Source: an uncultured Acidimicrobiia bacterium | GTDB taxonomy: Bacteria > Actinomycetota > Acidimicrobiia > Acidimicrobiales > JACDCH01 | Direction of reading: 5' to 3' | NCBI GenBank assembly: GCA_963802415.1 | Contig: CAWDIH010000001.1 | Coordinates: forward strand, 2,633,000 to 2,696,999 | Length of the DNA stretch: 64,000 nucleotides | Part shown: in pieces, positions 38,580 through 51,832 of the stretch | Position numbering within the stretch: position 1 is the first letter of the stretch | Layout of the letters: each line of letters opens with the position of its first letter | Notes under the pieces: generated by a model | Databases searched by the model: none | What the model was told of the DNA's origin: nothing | The model's input: only the letters and a program-made list of their open reading frames with translations | Translations under genes and position numbers: made by a program

Positions 38580-38632
38580 CTCTGCCGAAGAATGGATTTT
38601 GGGACTCCGAAAAGTCAAAGCGACGGCCGCGC

Positions 38633-39286
38633 TCAGGCCGGTTCGGGTCGGTGCGCCACCGCCGCGACCACGCCGAGGGCGACGTAGACTGCGCCGCTCG
38701 AGCGCTGTCCCCAGCCCGTGCCGCCCGGGCCTCCCGGGCGGCGCCGCCCGCGCAACCGGCGTGCGAGCGTGCCCGCGACCACTGCGTACGCGCCGTCGCT
38801 CATGAGCCCGAGCGCGATGAAGCAGAGGCCGAGCACCACGACCTGCGCGGCGATCGGGCCCCGGTCCGGATCGACGAACTGCGGCAGAAATGCCACGAAG
38901 AACAACGCCGTCTTCGGATTGAGGACGGCCACGACCACGCCCTGGCCGTAGACGCGGCGCATCGTCACCGGCAGCGCGGTTGCGCGTCCTTCGGTGTGTC
39001 CGCGACCGAGGATCTTCACCAGCCCGAGCCCGATGAGATACGCGGCTCCCGCCAGCTTGACTGCCTCGAACGTGGTCGCGGACGCGAGCAGCAGCGCCGA
39101 CAATCCCGTCGCCGCCGCCGCGACATGCACGATCGACCCCGTGTGCAACCCGAGCACCGACATGAGGCCCGCTCGCGGGCCCTGTGACGCGCTGCGGGTA
39201 ATCACGTAGACGACTGCGGGACCGGGAACGACCAGCAGCGCGAGCGCGGCAACAGCGAAGAGGCCGAGCGTGGCCGGTTCCGGCAT
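38633..39286 (-). CDS. LysE/RhtB-family amino-acid exporter
   Basis: 217 aa with 5-6 TM segments and the N-terminal LVVPGPAVVYV motif typical of LysE-type translocators. Confidence 0.8.
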   Translation of the reverse strand: MPEPATLGLFAVAALALLVVPGPAVVYVITRSASQGPRAGLMSVLGLHTGSIVHVAAAATGLSALLLASATTFEAVKLAGAAYLIGLGLVKILGRGHTEGRATALPVTMRRVYGQGVVVAVLNPKTALFFVAFLPQFVDPDRGPIAAQVVVLGLCFIALGLMSDGAYAVVAGTLARRLRGRRRPGGPGGTGWGQRSSGAVYVALGVVAAVAHRPEPA

Positions 39287-39290
39287 CCGG

Positions 39291-39701
39291 TCACCCTGAC
39301 ACGTTCGGTCCCGCGTACTCCACCGAGATCCGCAGCATCACCCGTTGCTCGCGCTCCATCGCGGTGCGGTACTCGTCCCAGTCCGGATGCTCGCCGGCGA
39401 GCCCGCGGTAGTAGGCGATGAGGAGATCCATCGCCTCGGGCAGGTGCACGACCTCGCAGGTACCGCTCGCGAAGCACCAGGCGCCGAAGAAGGCGTCGTT
39501 CAAGACGCACAGCGCGGCGCGCGGGTCGCGGGCGAGGTTCTTCGTCTTCACCGCTGTTTCGCGGCTCGAGACGAGGGCACGGTTCTCGCCGTCGACCCCG
39601 ACCGCAACGGGTGAGAGCTGCGGGGAACCGTCCCGGCGGAAGGTGTGCAGCACCGCGTGGTGGTTGGTGCGAATGAAGTCGATGGCCTGTGTGATGTCCA
39701 T
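39291..39701 (-). CDS. PPOX-class (pyridoxamine 5'-phosphate oxidase-like) probable F420-dependent enzyme
   Basis: ATG 39701 within ORF 39291..40454. 136-aa split-barrel pattern (HAVLHTFRRDGSPQLSPV...KTKNLARDPR). Confidence 0.7.
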   Translation of the reverse strand: MDITQAIDFIRTNHHAVLHTFRRDGSPQLSPVAVGVDGENRALVSSRETAVKTKNLARDPRAALCVLNDAFFGAWCFASGTCEVVHLPEAMDLLIAYYRGLAGEHPDWDEYRTAMEREQRVMLRISVEYAGPNVSG

Positions 39702-39731
39702 GACGGAAGCGTGCCACGTACGCTCGGGGAT

Positions 39732-41189
39732 ATGGCTCGACGCGACGACGTCGATCCCGGTCTGCCGATCAAGCTCAACCCGTGTTCGAACGGGGAGTTC
39801 GTGCCTCCGCCGCCGGGACCCGTGGCCGCTGAGGCGGCGCGTCTCGCTCGCGCGGAGGCAGACGACCGTGCCCGCCGGTTGGGTATGTCGCGGCGCCGGT
39901 TCCTGCTCTCGTCCATGGGAGCGGCGGCCGGATTGCTGGTGCTCGACGCGTGCTCGAAGGAAAGTGGTAAGGCGACAGGTCAGGGACCGCCGTCGGGATC
40001 CTTCTCCGTCCCTGCCGAGGCATCGACCGATGCCGGCGCCGCGCAGAGCACGGTCGGCGGCGCGGAGGCGATCCTCGACGTGCAGACCCACCTCCTCGAC
40101 TACGAGCTCGTGCCCGAGGGACCAGATTTCTGGAGCCGGTTCCCGTACAGGAACTGCGGTGAGGCCGAGCAACGTGACTGCTTCGGCGTCGACCATTGGA
40201 TGGAGGAGCTGTTCCTCCGCAGCGATACCGCGATGGTCGTGCTGTCGGCGGTGCCGATCGTCGGCGACGCGGATCCGTTGTCGATCGACGTGATGGAGCG
40301 CGGCCGGCGGGTCGCGACGCAACTGTGCGGCGACGGGCGCGTGCTGCTGCAAGGCCATGCGGTGCCGAACGTCGGTCGCATCGAAGCCGCGCTCGACGGC
40401 ATGCGCGCGTTGCACTCGTCGCATCCGATCGCGGCCTGGAAGGTGTACACGCATGCACCAGGACCGGGTTGGTCGTTCACCGACAACACCGGCGAGGCGT
40501 TCCTGTCGACGGTCGAGGAGATCGCCGCGGCGGGAGGCACGCGCATCGTGTCAGTGCACAAGGGGCTCGCGGGCGGCAGCCCGGCGGCGTCGCCCGCTGA
40601 CATCGGTCCTGCCGCGGTTGCCCATCCCGACGTGCGCTTCGTCGTGTACCACTCCGGCTACGAATCGGAGAACAAGGAAGGCGCGTTTGCCGAGAACGGT
40701 CGAGGCGTCGATCGTCTCGTTCGCTCGCTACGCGATGCGGGCGTCAAACCCGGCGGCAACGTCTACGCCGAGCTCGGGTCGACGTGGCGCGCGGTGATGG
40801 GCGATCCGGACGAGGCAGGGCACGTGCTCGGCAAGCTGCTCGCCGCGGTGGGGGAGGACAACGTGCTGTGGGGCACGGACTCCATCTGGTACGGCTCGCC
40901 CCAGGACCAGATCCAAGCGTTCCGAACGTTCGAGCTGACCGCCGAAGCGCAGGAGCGATTCGGCTATCCGGCGCTGACGCCCGCGATGAAGGAGAAGGTC
41001 TTTGGCGCCAACGCGGCGCGGCTGTACGGGATCGACTTGACGAAGGTGGCCGCGTCGCAGTGTCAGTTCTCGCCCAACGACGTCGAGCAGGCCCGCCAGG
41101 AGACCGCGCTCGGCAACACGACATACGGCCCTGTGACTGCGGCGGCCGTGGCGGCATCGTTCAGCCGCGACCATCCCTGGGTTACGTGA
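39732..41189 (+). CDS. amidohydrolase-family metal-dependent hydrolase with Tat/lipoprotein-type signal
   Basis: SRRRFLLSSMGAAAGLLVLDACS twin-arginine plus lipobox. TIM-barrel amidohydrolase_2-like C-terminus (VLWGTDSIWYG). The ATG at 39885 is an alternative start. Confidence 0.7.
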   Translation: MARRDDVDPGLPIKLNPCSNGEFVPPPPGPVAAEAARLARAEADDRARRLGMSRRRFLLSSMGAAAGLLVLDACSKESGKATGQGPPSGSFSVPAEASTDAGAAQSTVGGAEAILDVQTHLLDYELVPEGPDFWSRFPYRNCGEAEQRDCFGVDHWMEELFLRSDTAMVVLSAVPIVGDADPLSIDVMERGRRVATQLCGDGRVLLQGHAVPNVGRIEAALDGMRALHSSHPIAAWKVYTHAPGPGWSFTDNTGEAFLSTVEEIAAAGGTRIVSVHKGLAGGSPAASPADIGPAAVAHPDVRFVVYHSGYESENKEGAFAENGRGVDRLVRSLRDAGVKPGGNVYAELGSTWRAVMGDPDEAGHVLGKLLAAVGEDNVLWGTDSIWYGSPQDQIQAFRTFELTAEAQERFGYPALTPAMKEKVFGANAARLYGIDLTKVAASQCQFSPNDVEQARQETALGNTTYGPVTAAAVAASFSRDHPWVT

Positions 41190-42462
41190 GGAACGCGGCG
41201 AGTGCGGCGCGGTACTGCGCCGCACCGCCTGTAGCCATCAACTCCCGGGCGGAGTGCATCGACAGTTGCGGCGCGCCCACGTCGACGGTGGAGACTCCGA
41301 GGCGGGCCGCGGAGATGGGACCGATGGTCGACCCGCACGGCAGATCTCCGCGGTGCACGTACTGCTGCACGGGTACACCGGCGCGGTCGCACGCTTCCAT
41401 GAACACCGCCGCGGACCGCGCATCGGTGGCGTAACGCTGCGACGCGTTCGTCTTCACCACGGGACCCCCGTCGAGCGCGATCAAGTGGCCGGGCTCGTGG
41501 CGATCGGGATAGTTCGGGTGCGTCGCGTGCGCCATGTCCGCCGACAGGCAGGTCGAAACGGCGAGCGCGCGGTGCCAGGCGTACCTGTCACCGCCGAGCC
41601 CGTGGGTGATGCGCTCGAGGGTCGTGTCGAGCAGCGAACTGCCGGCGCCGCGGTTCGTCGTGCTGCCGATCTCCTCGTGGTCGAAGAGCGCGATCACGTG
41701 AATCGCACCGGTGTCGGCGTTCGCGTCGGCCGAGATTGCGTGCACTGCGGCCCAGCACGATGCGAGGTCGTCGAGCCGCGGCGCAGAGACGAGCGCATCG
41801 TCGCGTCCGATGAGCGCGCCGGGTTCGACGTCGTGGAGCATCACGTCCCAGAACAAGATGTCGCGCGCGTCGACTCCGAGCTCACAGGCGAGGAAGCTGC
41901 GGAACGGTTCCGGCTCTGCACTGCCGATGTCCCACATCGGGACCAGGTGTTGTTGCGGGTTGAGCACAAGTCCTCTGCTGTTGACGTCGCGGTCGAGGTG
42001 GATGGCGAGTTGCGGGATGCGCGCCAATGGGCGGTCGATCTTCACGAGCTCGAGCCGTCCTCCTCGCAAGGAGACGCGGCCGGCGACACCGAGGTCGCGG
42101 TCGAGCCACGAGTTGAAGAGCGCGCTTCCATAGACCTCCGCGGCGAGCAGTTGCGCACCGGCGCGTTCGACGTCGGGATGCGGCTTGACGCGCAGGTTCG
42201 GACTGTCGGTGTGCGCGCCGATGATGCGAAACGGCGTCGTGGTCACCGCCGACGGCGGGACATTCCACGCGACGAGGCTGCCGTCGCGCACGAGGTACCG
42301 CCGATGTCCCGGCCCGCCCGGCCATTCGTCGGCCTCGTCGACGCGTGCGAAGCCGGCGGCATCGAGCCGGGCTGCAGCCGTTGCGCACGCATGGAACGGC
42401 GTGGGCGAGTCGTGGACGAAAGCGAGTAGGTCCCGCGCCGCGTCGAGGTCAACCGAATTCAT
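41182..42462 (-). CDS. M18-family aminopeptidase (aspartyl aminopeptidase-like)
   Basis: ATG 42462. SPTPFHA N-terminal motif, IGAHTDSP, FDHEEIGS and HPNYPDRHE conserved M18 blocks. Confidence 0.85.
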   Translation of the reverse strand: MNSVDLDAARDLLAFVHDSPTPFHACATAAARLDAAGFARVDEADEWPGGPGHRRYLVRDGSLVAWNVPPSAVTTTPFRIIGAHTDSPNLRVKPHPDVERAGAQLLAAEVYGSALFNSWLDRDLGVAGRVSLRGGRLELVKIDRPLARIPQLAIHLDRDVNSRGLVLNPQQHLVPMWDIGSAEPEPFRSFLACELGVDARDILFWDVMLHDVEPGALIGRDDALVSAPRLDDLASCWAAVHAISADANADTGAIHVIALFDHEEIGSTTNRGAGSSLLDTTLERITHGLGGDRYAWHRALAVSTCLSADMAHATHPNYPDRHEPGHLIALDGGPVVKTNASQRYATDARSAAVFMEACDRAGVPVQQYVHRGDLPCGSTIGPISAARLGVSTVDVGAPQLSMHSARELMATGGAAQYRAALAAFLT

Positions 42463-42475
42463 CTCGGATGATGTA

Positions 42476-43303
42476 TCACCCGAAGCGGTAGCGAACCGTC
42501 TCCTGGATCGGCTCGTACCCGAGACTGCGGTAGATGGCGTTCGACTGCGGGTTGCTGAGCTGCGTGTACAGGATGCAACGTTCCGCGCCCATGTCGAGGC
42601 CAACCTGACTGATGGCCGCCGTGCACGCCGCCGCATAGCCGTGGCGGCGATGTTCCGGTGGCGTGTACACGAGCCCGACCCGGGTGACGCCGGCGAGTGG
42701 CGTCGTGAGAGCGGCCGTCGCTACCGACTCGCCGTGGTCCCAGATCCACACGAGCCCGGCTCCGAGCCGCCGGCGCAGCGTCTCCGGGGTCACGGCGGCA
42801 CCGCCCGTGTCCGCTTCGAAATCCCGCATCCACCTGATCAGGCGTTCGGCATCGTCGTCACCCGCACGCCGCAGCTGTCCTGACACGCCGACGGGCGGCC
42901 GCAGCGTCCCGAGCTCGTACAGACGCTGGGCCTCCACGGGTGCGGCGGGTGTCTTCACTCGTTCCGCCCAGCAACCGGCGAACAGAGCAGCGGTGGCTGC
43001 CTCGCCCGACACGCCCGGAAGATCGGGCGCGACCTCAGAGGCGGATTCGGCCAGCGCCGCCACCGCGTCAGGGGCTGCAGGAGTGATCGCTGCATGGAAG
43101 TCCAAGGGCGACTGGAACATCACGGCGACGACTTCGCCGCCGCGCCTCACCGTCCAGAAGCGGCCCGGTCCGGGGTGCTCGGGGTGCTCGGCGCGATCGG
43201 TCAACAACGTGAGGAGGAGGTTGTGTTCGGCCGGTGCCGATCGGAGGAACGACCCCGCATCCTCGAGCACACGCGATGCGTCATCAGTGACCGCCACGTC
43301 CAT
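42476..43303 (-). CDS. GNAT-family N-acetyltransferase
   Basis: ATG 43303 in ORF 42476..43702. The C-terminal acetyl-CoA site VYTPPEHRRHGYAAACTAA...NPQSNAIYRSLGY. Confidence 0.7.
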   Translation of the reverse strand: MDVAVTDDASRVLEDAGSFLRSAPAEHNLLLTLLTDRAEHPEHPGPGRFWTVRRGGEVVAVMFQSPLDFHAAITPAAPDAVAALAESASEVAPDLPGVSGEAATAALFAGCWAERVKTPAAPVEAQRLYELGTLRPPVGVSGQLRRAGDDDAERLIRWMRDFEADTGGAAVTPETLRRRLGAGLVWIWDHGESVATAALTTPLAGVTRVGLVYTPPEHRRHGYAAACTAAISQVGLDMGAERCILYTQLSNPQSNAIYRSLGYEPIQETVRYRFG

Positions 43304-43374
43304 GGCACATATCTCACAGGTAATCCACAGCCGATGCATCCTGGAATCGCAGCCCGTCGGCGCACGATGCCGGC

Positions 43375-43725
43375 ATGACCCAGACATTGACCGTGCGGGT
43401 GACGCGAGCCAGCGGAGTGGTGGTGGTCGACCTGGCCGGCGAGCTGGACGCCGGGACGGCCGCGCCGGTGGTGGACGCGGTGGACGCGGCTGCACTCTTC
43501 GGCCCGGACGTCGTTGTCGTCGACACGTCCGCGTTGACCTTTGTCGACTCCGGCGGTCGGCGCGCGCTCGATCAGGCATGCCGCCGGGCAGACGCAGTGT
43601 TCGTCCCGGGCCGCGCCATCGAGCGCTTCGACCGCCTGCTCGCCCGCGCCCTGCGAACTCCGGGTCGCCGTGGCTGCGATAGCAGCCACGGCGCACCAAC
43701 ATTGGTCGCGACTACTGGGCGGTGA
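43375..43725 (+). CDS. STAS-domain protein (anti-sigma-factor antagonist-like)
   Basis: 116 aa. VVVVDLAGELD...VVVDTSALTFVDSGG is the typical SpoIIAA/STAS core. Confidence 0.7.
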   Translation: MTQTLTVRVTRASGVVVVDLAGELDAGTAAPVVDAVDAAALFGPDVVVVDTSALTFVDSGGRRALDQACRRADAVFVPGRAIERFDRLLARALRTPGRRGCDSSHGAPTLVATTGR

Positions 43726-45976
43726 TCGCGTCCTGGGCTTCGGCTTCCGGGTCGACGAATGGATCGCCTGACACGTCGATCTCGACGCGATCGATGTCAC
43801 CCGAGAACTCGAACCGGCCTCGGTAGTCAGTGTCGGCTGCGGAGAAGTCCGTCGCCCATCCCACTGTCAAGCCGGCGTTGGTCAGTGACAGCCGGCTCCA
43901 AAGTGTGCGCTTGATCTGTCCCTCGCCGATCACGGTTCCGTCGACGAGCAACGACACATCGGGCGGGGCGAAGTGCACCGCGAACGTGTGCGGTCCCGAC
44001 TCGAGCGACGCCGGCAACGGTGCGTCCACGCGGTACACGCGCCATCCCGCAAGGTTGTGGACGAAGCACAGGTTGCCGTCGACGGCGTGAAAGGACCAGC
44101 CGCCGAGCACCGAGCCCTGCGACACGAGGACGCCGCGCACGGGCGAGTCGTCGAGGCGAACGTGAGCCGTGACGGTGTGCGGGCGATTGCGGATGTTGAC
44201 CGCGACGCTCTCGGGCACCGGCGCACGGCCCGGCCAGTACACGTAACGCTGTCGCGCCGCGACCGACGATTGCCGCTCGAGCACGAACGCGGAGAACGGA
44301 CGGTTGTCGAGTGGCAGGACACCGTTCGCCTCCGCTTCGACCCACCAGCGGTCGATCATCGCCGCGAGACGCTCGGTGTGGTCCCCGGCGAGGTCGTGAC
44401 ATTCGGACGGGTCCGCGCGCAGGTCGTAGAGCTCCCACGGCGCGCGGTCGAGCCCGGGCTCGTCGAACTGGATGTCGTGGTACACGACCGCCTTCCACCC
44501 GTTCTGGTACAGGGCGCGGCACCCGAACATCTCGGAATACTGCACGGTGTGTCGCTCCGCGGCATCGGGCGCGTCGAACGTGTACGCGAAGCTGACACCG
44601 GCGAGCGGCCTCTGCTCGACACCGTCGACGACCTCAGGGAAGTCGACACCCGCGAGCTCGAGGACCGTCGGGACGATGTCGACCGCATGCACGTACTGAC
44701 CCCGCACCTCGCCCCGAGCCGCGATGCCGGCCGGCCAGTGGACGATCAACGGGTCGGCCACGCCGCCCTCGTGCGTCTCGCGCTTCCAGCGGCGGAACGG
44801 TGTGTTGCCGGCCACCGTCCATCCCCATGGGTAGTTGTTGTGCAGCCGTGGGCCGCCGATGTCGTCGACGCGGTCGAGCGCTTCTTCGACCGTTCTCGGC
44901 AGCGCGTTCCATGCGCGTCCGTCGTTGACTGAGCCGGTCGGACCTCCCTCCGACGACGCGCCGTTGTCGGACAGCACGATCACCACCGTGTTGTCGAGCT
45001 CGCTCAGCTCGTCCAGCCGGTCGAGGACGCGGCCGACCTGCGCGTCGGCATGCGACAAGAATCCGGCAAACGCTTCCATGTACCGCGCATAGACACGCTG
45101 CGCGTCGCCGTCGAGGTCGTCCCACCCTGGCACCCACTCGGGACGGGGCGACAGCTCGGTGTGGTCGGGGAGCAGTCCGCTCGCCTTCTGGCGGCGCAGC
45201 GCTGCGTCGCGCCAGACGTCCCACCCTTGATCGAACCGCCCGCGGTAATGAGCGATCCACTCGGACGGCGACTGGTGCGGTGAATGGCACGCGCCGGTCG
45301 CGAGATACAGCAGCCAGGGCTTGTCCACGTCGACCTGTCGAAGATCCTCGATGAACTCGATGGCGCGGCCGGCGAGGTCCTCAGTGAGGTGATAACCGTC
45401 CTCGTACGAGCCGGGCGGATCGACGAAATGGTTGTCGTAGACGAGTGACGGAACGAACTGGTGCGTCTCGCCCGCGAAGAAGCCGTACCAACGCTCGAAG
45501 CCACGCCCGAGCGGCCACCGATCACGGCGGGCGCCGAGGTGCTCCTCGTCCTCGGGCGTCAAGTGCCACTTGCCCACCGCGTACGCGGCATAACCGTGAG
45601 GCGAGAGCATGGCGGGAAGGAACGCGGACGATCGGGGGACCCGCGCGTCGTACCCCGGAAAGCCCGACGCGAGGTCGACGACCCGCCCCATGCCGCAGGC
45701 GTGATGGTTGCGACCGGTCAGCACGCACGCGCGTGTCGGGGAGCAGAGGGCAGTGGTGTGGAAGTTTGCGTAGCGCAAGCCGTTGGCTGCCAGCCGGTCG
45801 AGGTTCGGCGTGTCGATGTCGGAGCCGAAGCAACCGAGCTGCGCGTACCCCACGTCGTCGAGCACGACGAGCAAGACGTTCGGCGCGCCCGCTCGAGGTC
45901 GGGGTTCCTCCGGCCAGTACGGCTCCGAGTCCCAGTGGTAGCGGCCGATGCGGCCCCTGAACTCGCCCGGTTCCAT
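43712..45976 (-). CDS. arylsulfatase (formylglycine-dependent) with large C-terminal domain
   Basis: ATG 45976 (MEPGEFRG). LLVVLDDVGY, the sulfatase signature CSPTRACVLTGR, and SDNGAS. 754 aa. Confidence 0.85.
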   Translation of the reverse strand: MEPGEFRGRIGRYHWDSEPYWPEEPRPRAGAPNVLLVVLDDVGYAQLGCFGSDIDTPNLDRLAANGLRYANFHTTALCSPTRACVLTGRNHHACGMGRVVDLASGFPGYDARVPRSSAFLPAMLSPHGYAAYAVGKWHLTPEDEEHLGARRDRWPLGRGFERWYGFFAGETHQFVPSLVYDNHFVDPPGSYEDGYHLTEDLAGRAIEFIEDLRQVDVDKPWLLYLATGACHSPHQSPSEWIAHYRGRFDQGWDVWRDAALRRQKASGLLPDHTELSPRPEWVPGWDDLDGDAQRVYARYMEAFAGFLSHADAQVGRVLDRLDELSELDNTVVIVLSDNGASSEGGPTGSVNDGRAWNALPRTVEEALDRVDDIGGPRLHNNYPWGWTVAGNTPFRRWKRETHEGGVADPLIVHWPAGIAARGEVRGQYVHAVDIVPTVLELAGVDFPEVVDGVEQRPLAGVSFAYTFDAPDAAERHTVQYSEMFGCRALYQNGWKAVVYHDIQFDEPGLDRAPWELYDLRADPSECHDLAGDHTERLAAMIDRWWVEAEANGVLPLDNRPFSAFVLERQSSVAARQRYVYWPGRAPVPESVAVNIRNRPHTVTAHVRLDDSPVRGVLVSQGSVLGGWSFHAVDGNLCFVHNLAGWRVYRVDAPLPASLESGPHTFAVHFAPPDVSLLVDGTVIGEGQIKRTLWSRLSLTNAGLTVGWATDFSAADTDYRGRFEFSGDIDRVEIDVSGDPFVDPEAEAQDAITAQ

Positions 45977-47088
45977 CAGGGCGCCAGCCCGGTGCACGGA
46001 CGAAGAGCGTTCCAGTCGACGACAGCGGCTGCTGCTTCTGCGCCCGTGAGCGGCTGTGCGACTGAACCGCGGATCACACCCGGCAGGAACTGGTAGCCGT
46101 CCACGTGACGGCCGGTCATCGTCACCTGCACGACCCCCGTCTTCTCCGCACCGGCGCCGACGGCGGCGAAGTCGAAGTTGCCGAGTCCGTAGCCGACGAA
46201 CGTCGTGCCGAGCATGCCAGCCCCCTGCAGTCGGTGCGCGTGACCGCCGATGACGATGTCGGCGCCGGCATAGGCCAACTGGCCGGCGAGGGTGTGCTGC
46301 ACCTCGCTCGGACAGGTGTTGCGCTCGATGCCCCAGTGCAGGTAGACGACGACGATGTCCGCGTTCGCTCGGGCTCGCTGCACCGCGGCGACGAGTGCAT
46401 CCGCGTTCTTCGCTGATGCAAGGCCGGGATGGCCCGGCGCAGCTGTCCACGAGGCGACGAGCTCACCGTCGATCACCTGGGTGGCCGCGATGACCGCGAC
46501 GCGCTGGCCCTTCACGGTCGCGGTGAAAGCCCGGTAGGCGTCGACGTCGTCGTGGCCGATACCGATGATGAAACGATCCGATTGTGCGTCCTTGACAGCG
46601 AGCGACTCGATGAGGCCGTCAGGCCCATAGTCGCGCCCGTGGTTGTTCGCCATGCTCACCGTGTCGAAGCCTCCGGCCCGCAACGCGTCGACGGACGACG
46701 GTGGCGCCCGGAAGGTGAACTGCTTGTTCTCCGGCGTGCCGCCGGTGGCGATAGCGGACTCGAGATTGCCGATGGCGAGGTCCGCGGCGGACAGGATCGG
46801 CGTGAACGGACCGATGGCGGATGCCGGATCGCGCGCGAGCCGGGTCCCCATCGCGCCCTCGAAATTGATGTCGCCGGCGAAGGCGATCGTGATGGGCTGG
46901 GGCGGCGGGGTCGTCGAGGTCGTCGTCGAAATCGTGGATGGCGTCGTCGACGGCGTCGAGGCGCTGGGGGAGGCGACGGCCGGCGGTGGCCCTGCCGGTG
47001 TGTCGGACGAGGCCGAACTGCAGCCGGCGGCCAGGGCGAGTGCGGCCCACCCGAGAGCCACTGTGGCTCTCCGGTGCCCGCCTCGCAT
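45976..47088 (-). CDS. CapA-family lipoprotein (metallophosphatase fold, poly-gamma-glutamate capsule synthesis-like)
   Basis: ATG 47088. Lipobox LALAAGCSS and a Ser/Thr/Pro linker. FAGDINF, ANNH and GGHAH motifs. The stop overlaps the sulfatase ATG by 1 nt (TGATG). Confidence 0.8.
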   Translation of the reverse strand: MRGGHRRATVALGWAALALAAGCSSASSDTPAGPPPAVASPSASTPSTTPSTISTTTSTTPPPQPITIAFAGDINFEGAMGTRLARDPASAIGPFTPILSAADLAIGNLESAIATGGTPENKQFTFRAPPSSVDALRAGGFDTVSMANNHGRDYGPDGLIESLAVKDAQSDRFIIGIGHDDVDAYRAFTATVKGQRVAVIAATQVIDGELVASWTAAPGHPGLASAKNADALVAAVQRARANADIVVVYLHWGIERNTCPSEVQHTLAGQLAYAGADIVIGGHAHRLQGAGMLGTTFVGYGLGNFDFAAVGAGAEKTGVVQVTMTGRHVDGYQFLPGVIRGSVAQPLTGAEAAAAVVDWNALRPCTGLAP

Positions 47089-47201
47089 CGTGCGAGCGTA
47101 TTTCGTGGTTCGTCCCCGGCTGTACACCTTGGTAACATGATGGTGCTGCACGGGCCACTGTCGTCCCGAGTGCCTGGACCAATCGATCCGACGCGAACGG
47201 G

Positions 47202-51749
<4,548 letters not shown>

Positions 51750-51759
51750 GCACCCGATG

Positions 51760-51811
51760 CGAATGTTGGATGGAAACGGGTGCCATAGCACCCGTTTCTC
51801 CCCGGAGTTCG
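51760..51811 (+). repeat. 52-nt hairpin repeat, copy B (sense on plus strand) in the gltB-gltD spacer
   Basis: CGAATGTTGGATGGAAACGGGTGCCATAGCACCCGTTTCTCCCCGGAGTTCG. Starts 10 nt after the gltB stop and ends 21 nt before the gltD ATG. Confidence 0.85.
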
Positions 51812-51832
51812 GAAGATGGGGGAGGCGCGGCG

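Noticed and set aside
47140-47175. GCCACTG (B12-box-like heptamer) in the capA-gltB spacer, which raised the idea of a cobalamin riboswitch
   Set aside because: The whole spacer is only 113 nt, far too short for a cobalamin riboswitch. None of the other conserved riboswitch segments are visible, and gltB is not a typical B12-regulated gene.
47089-47201. GlnR-type box (gTnAc-N6-GaAAc) upstream of gltB, around GGTAACATGATGGTGCTG
   Set aside because: Only the first half-site is plausible. The second half does not match, so this is not supportable without a matrix scan.
51750-51832. The 52-nt hairpin as a classical intrinsic terminator
   Set aside because: No U-tract follows the stem in any copy. 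One copy also lies between gltB and gltD, whose products must be co-expressed. Full termination is therefore unlikely, and it is reported instead as an element of unknown function.
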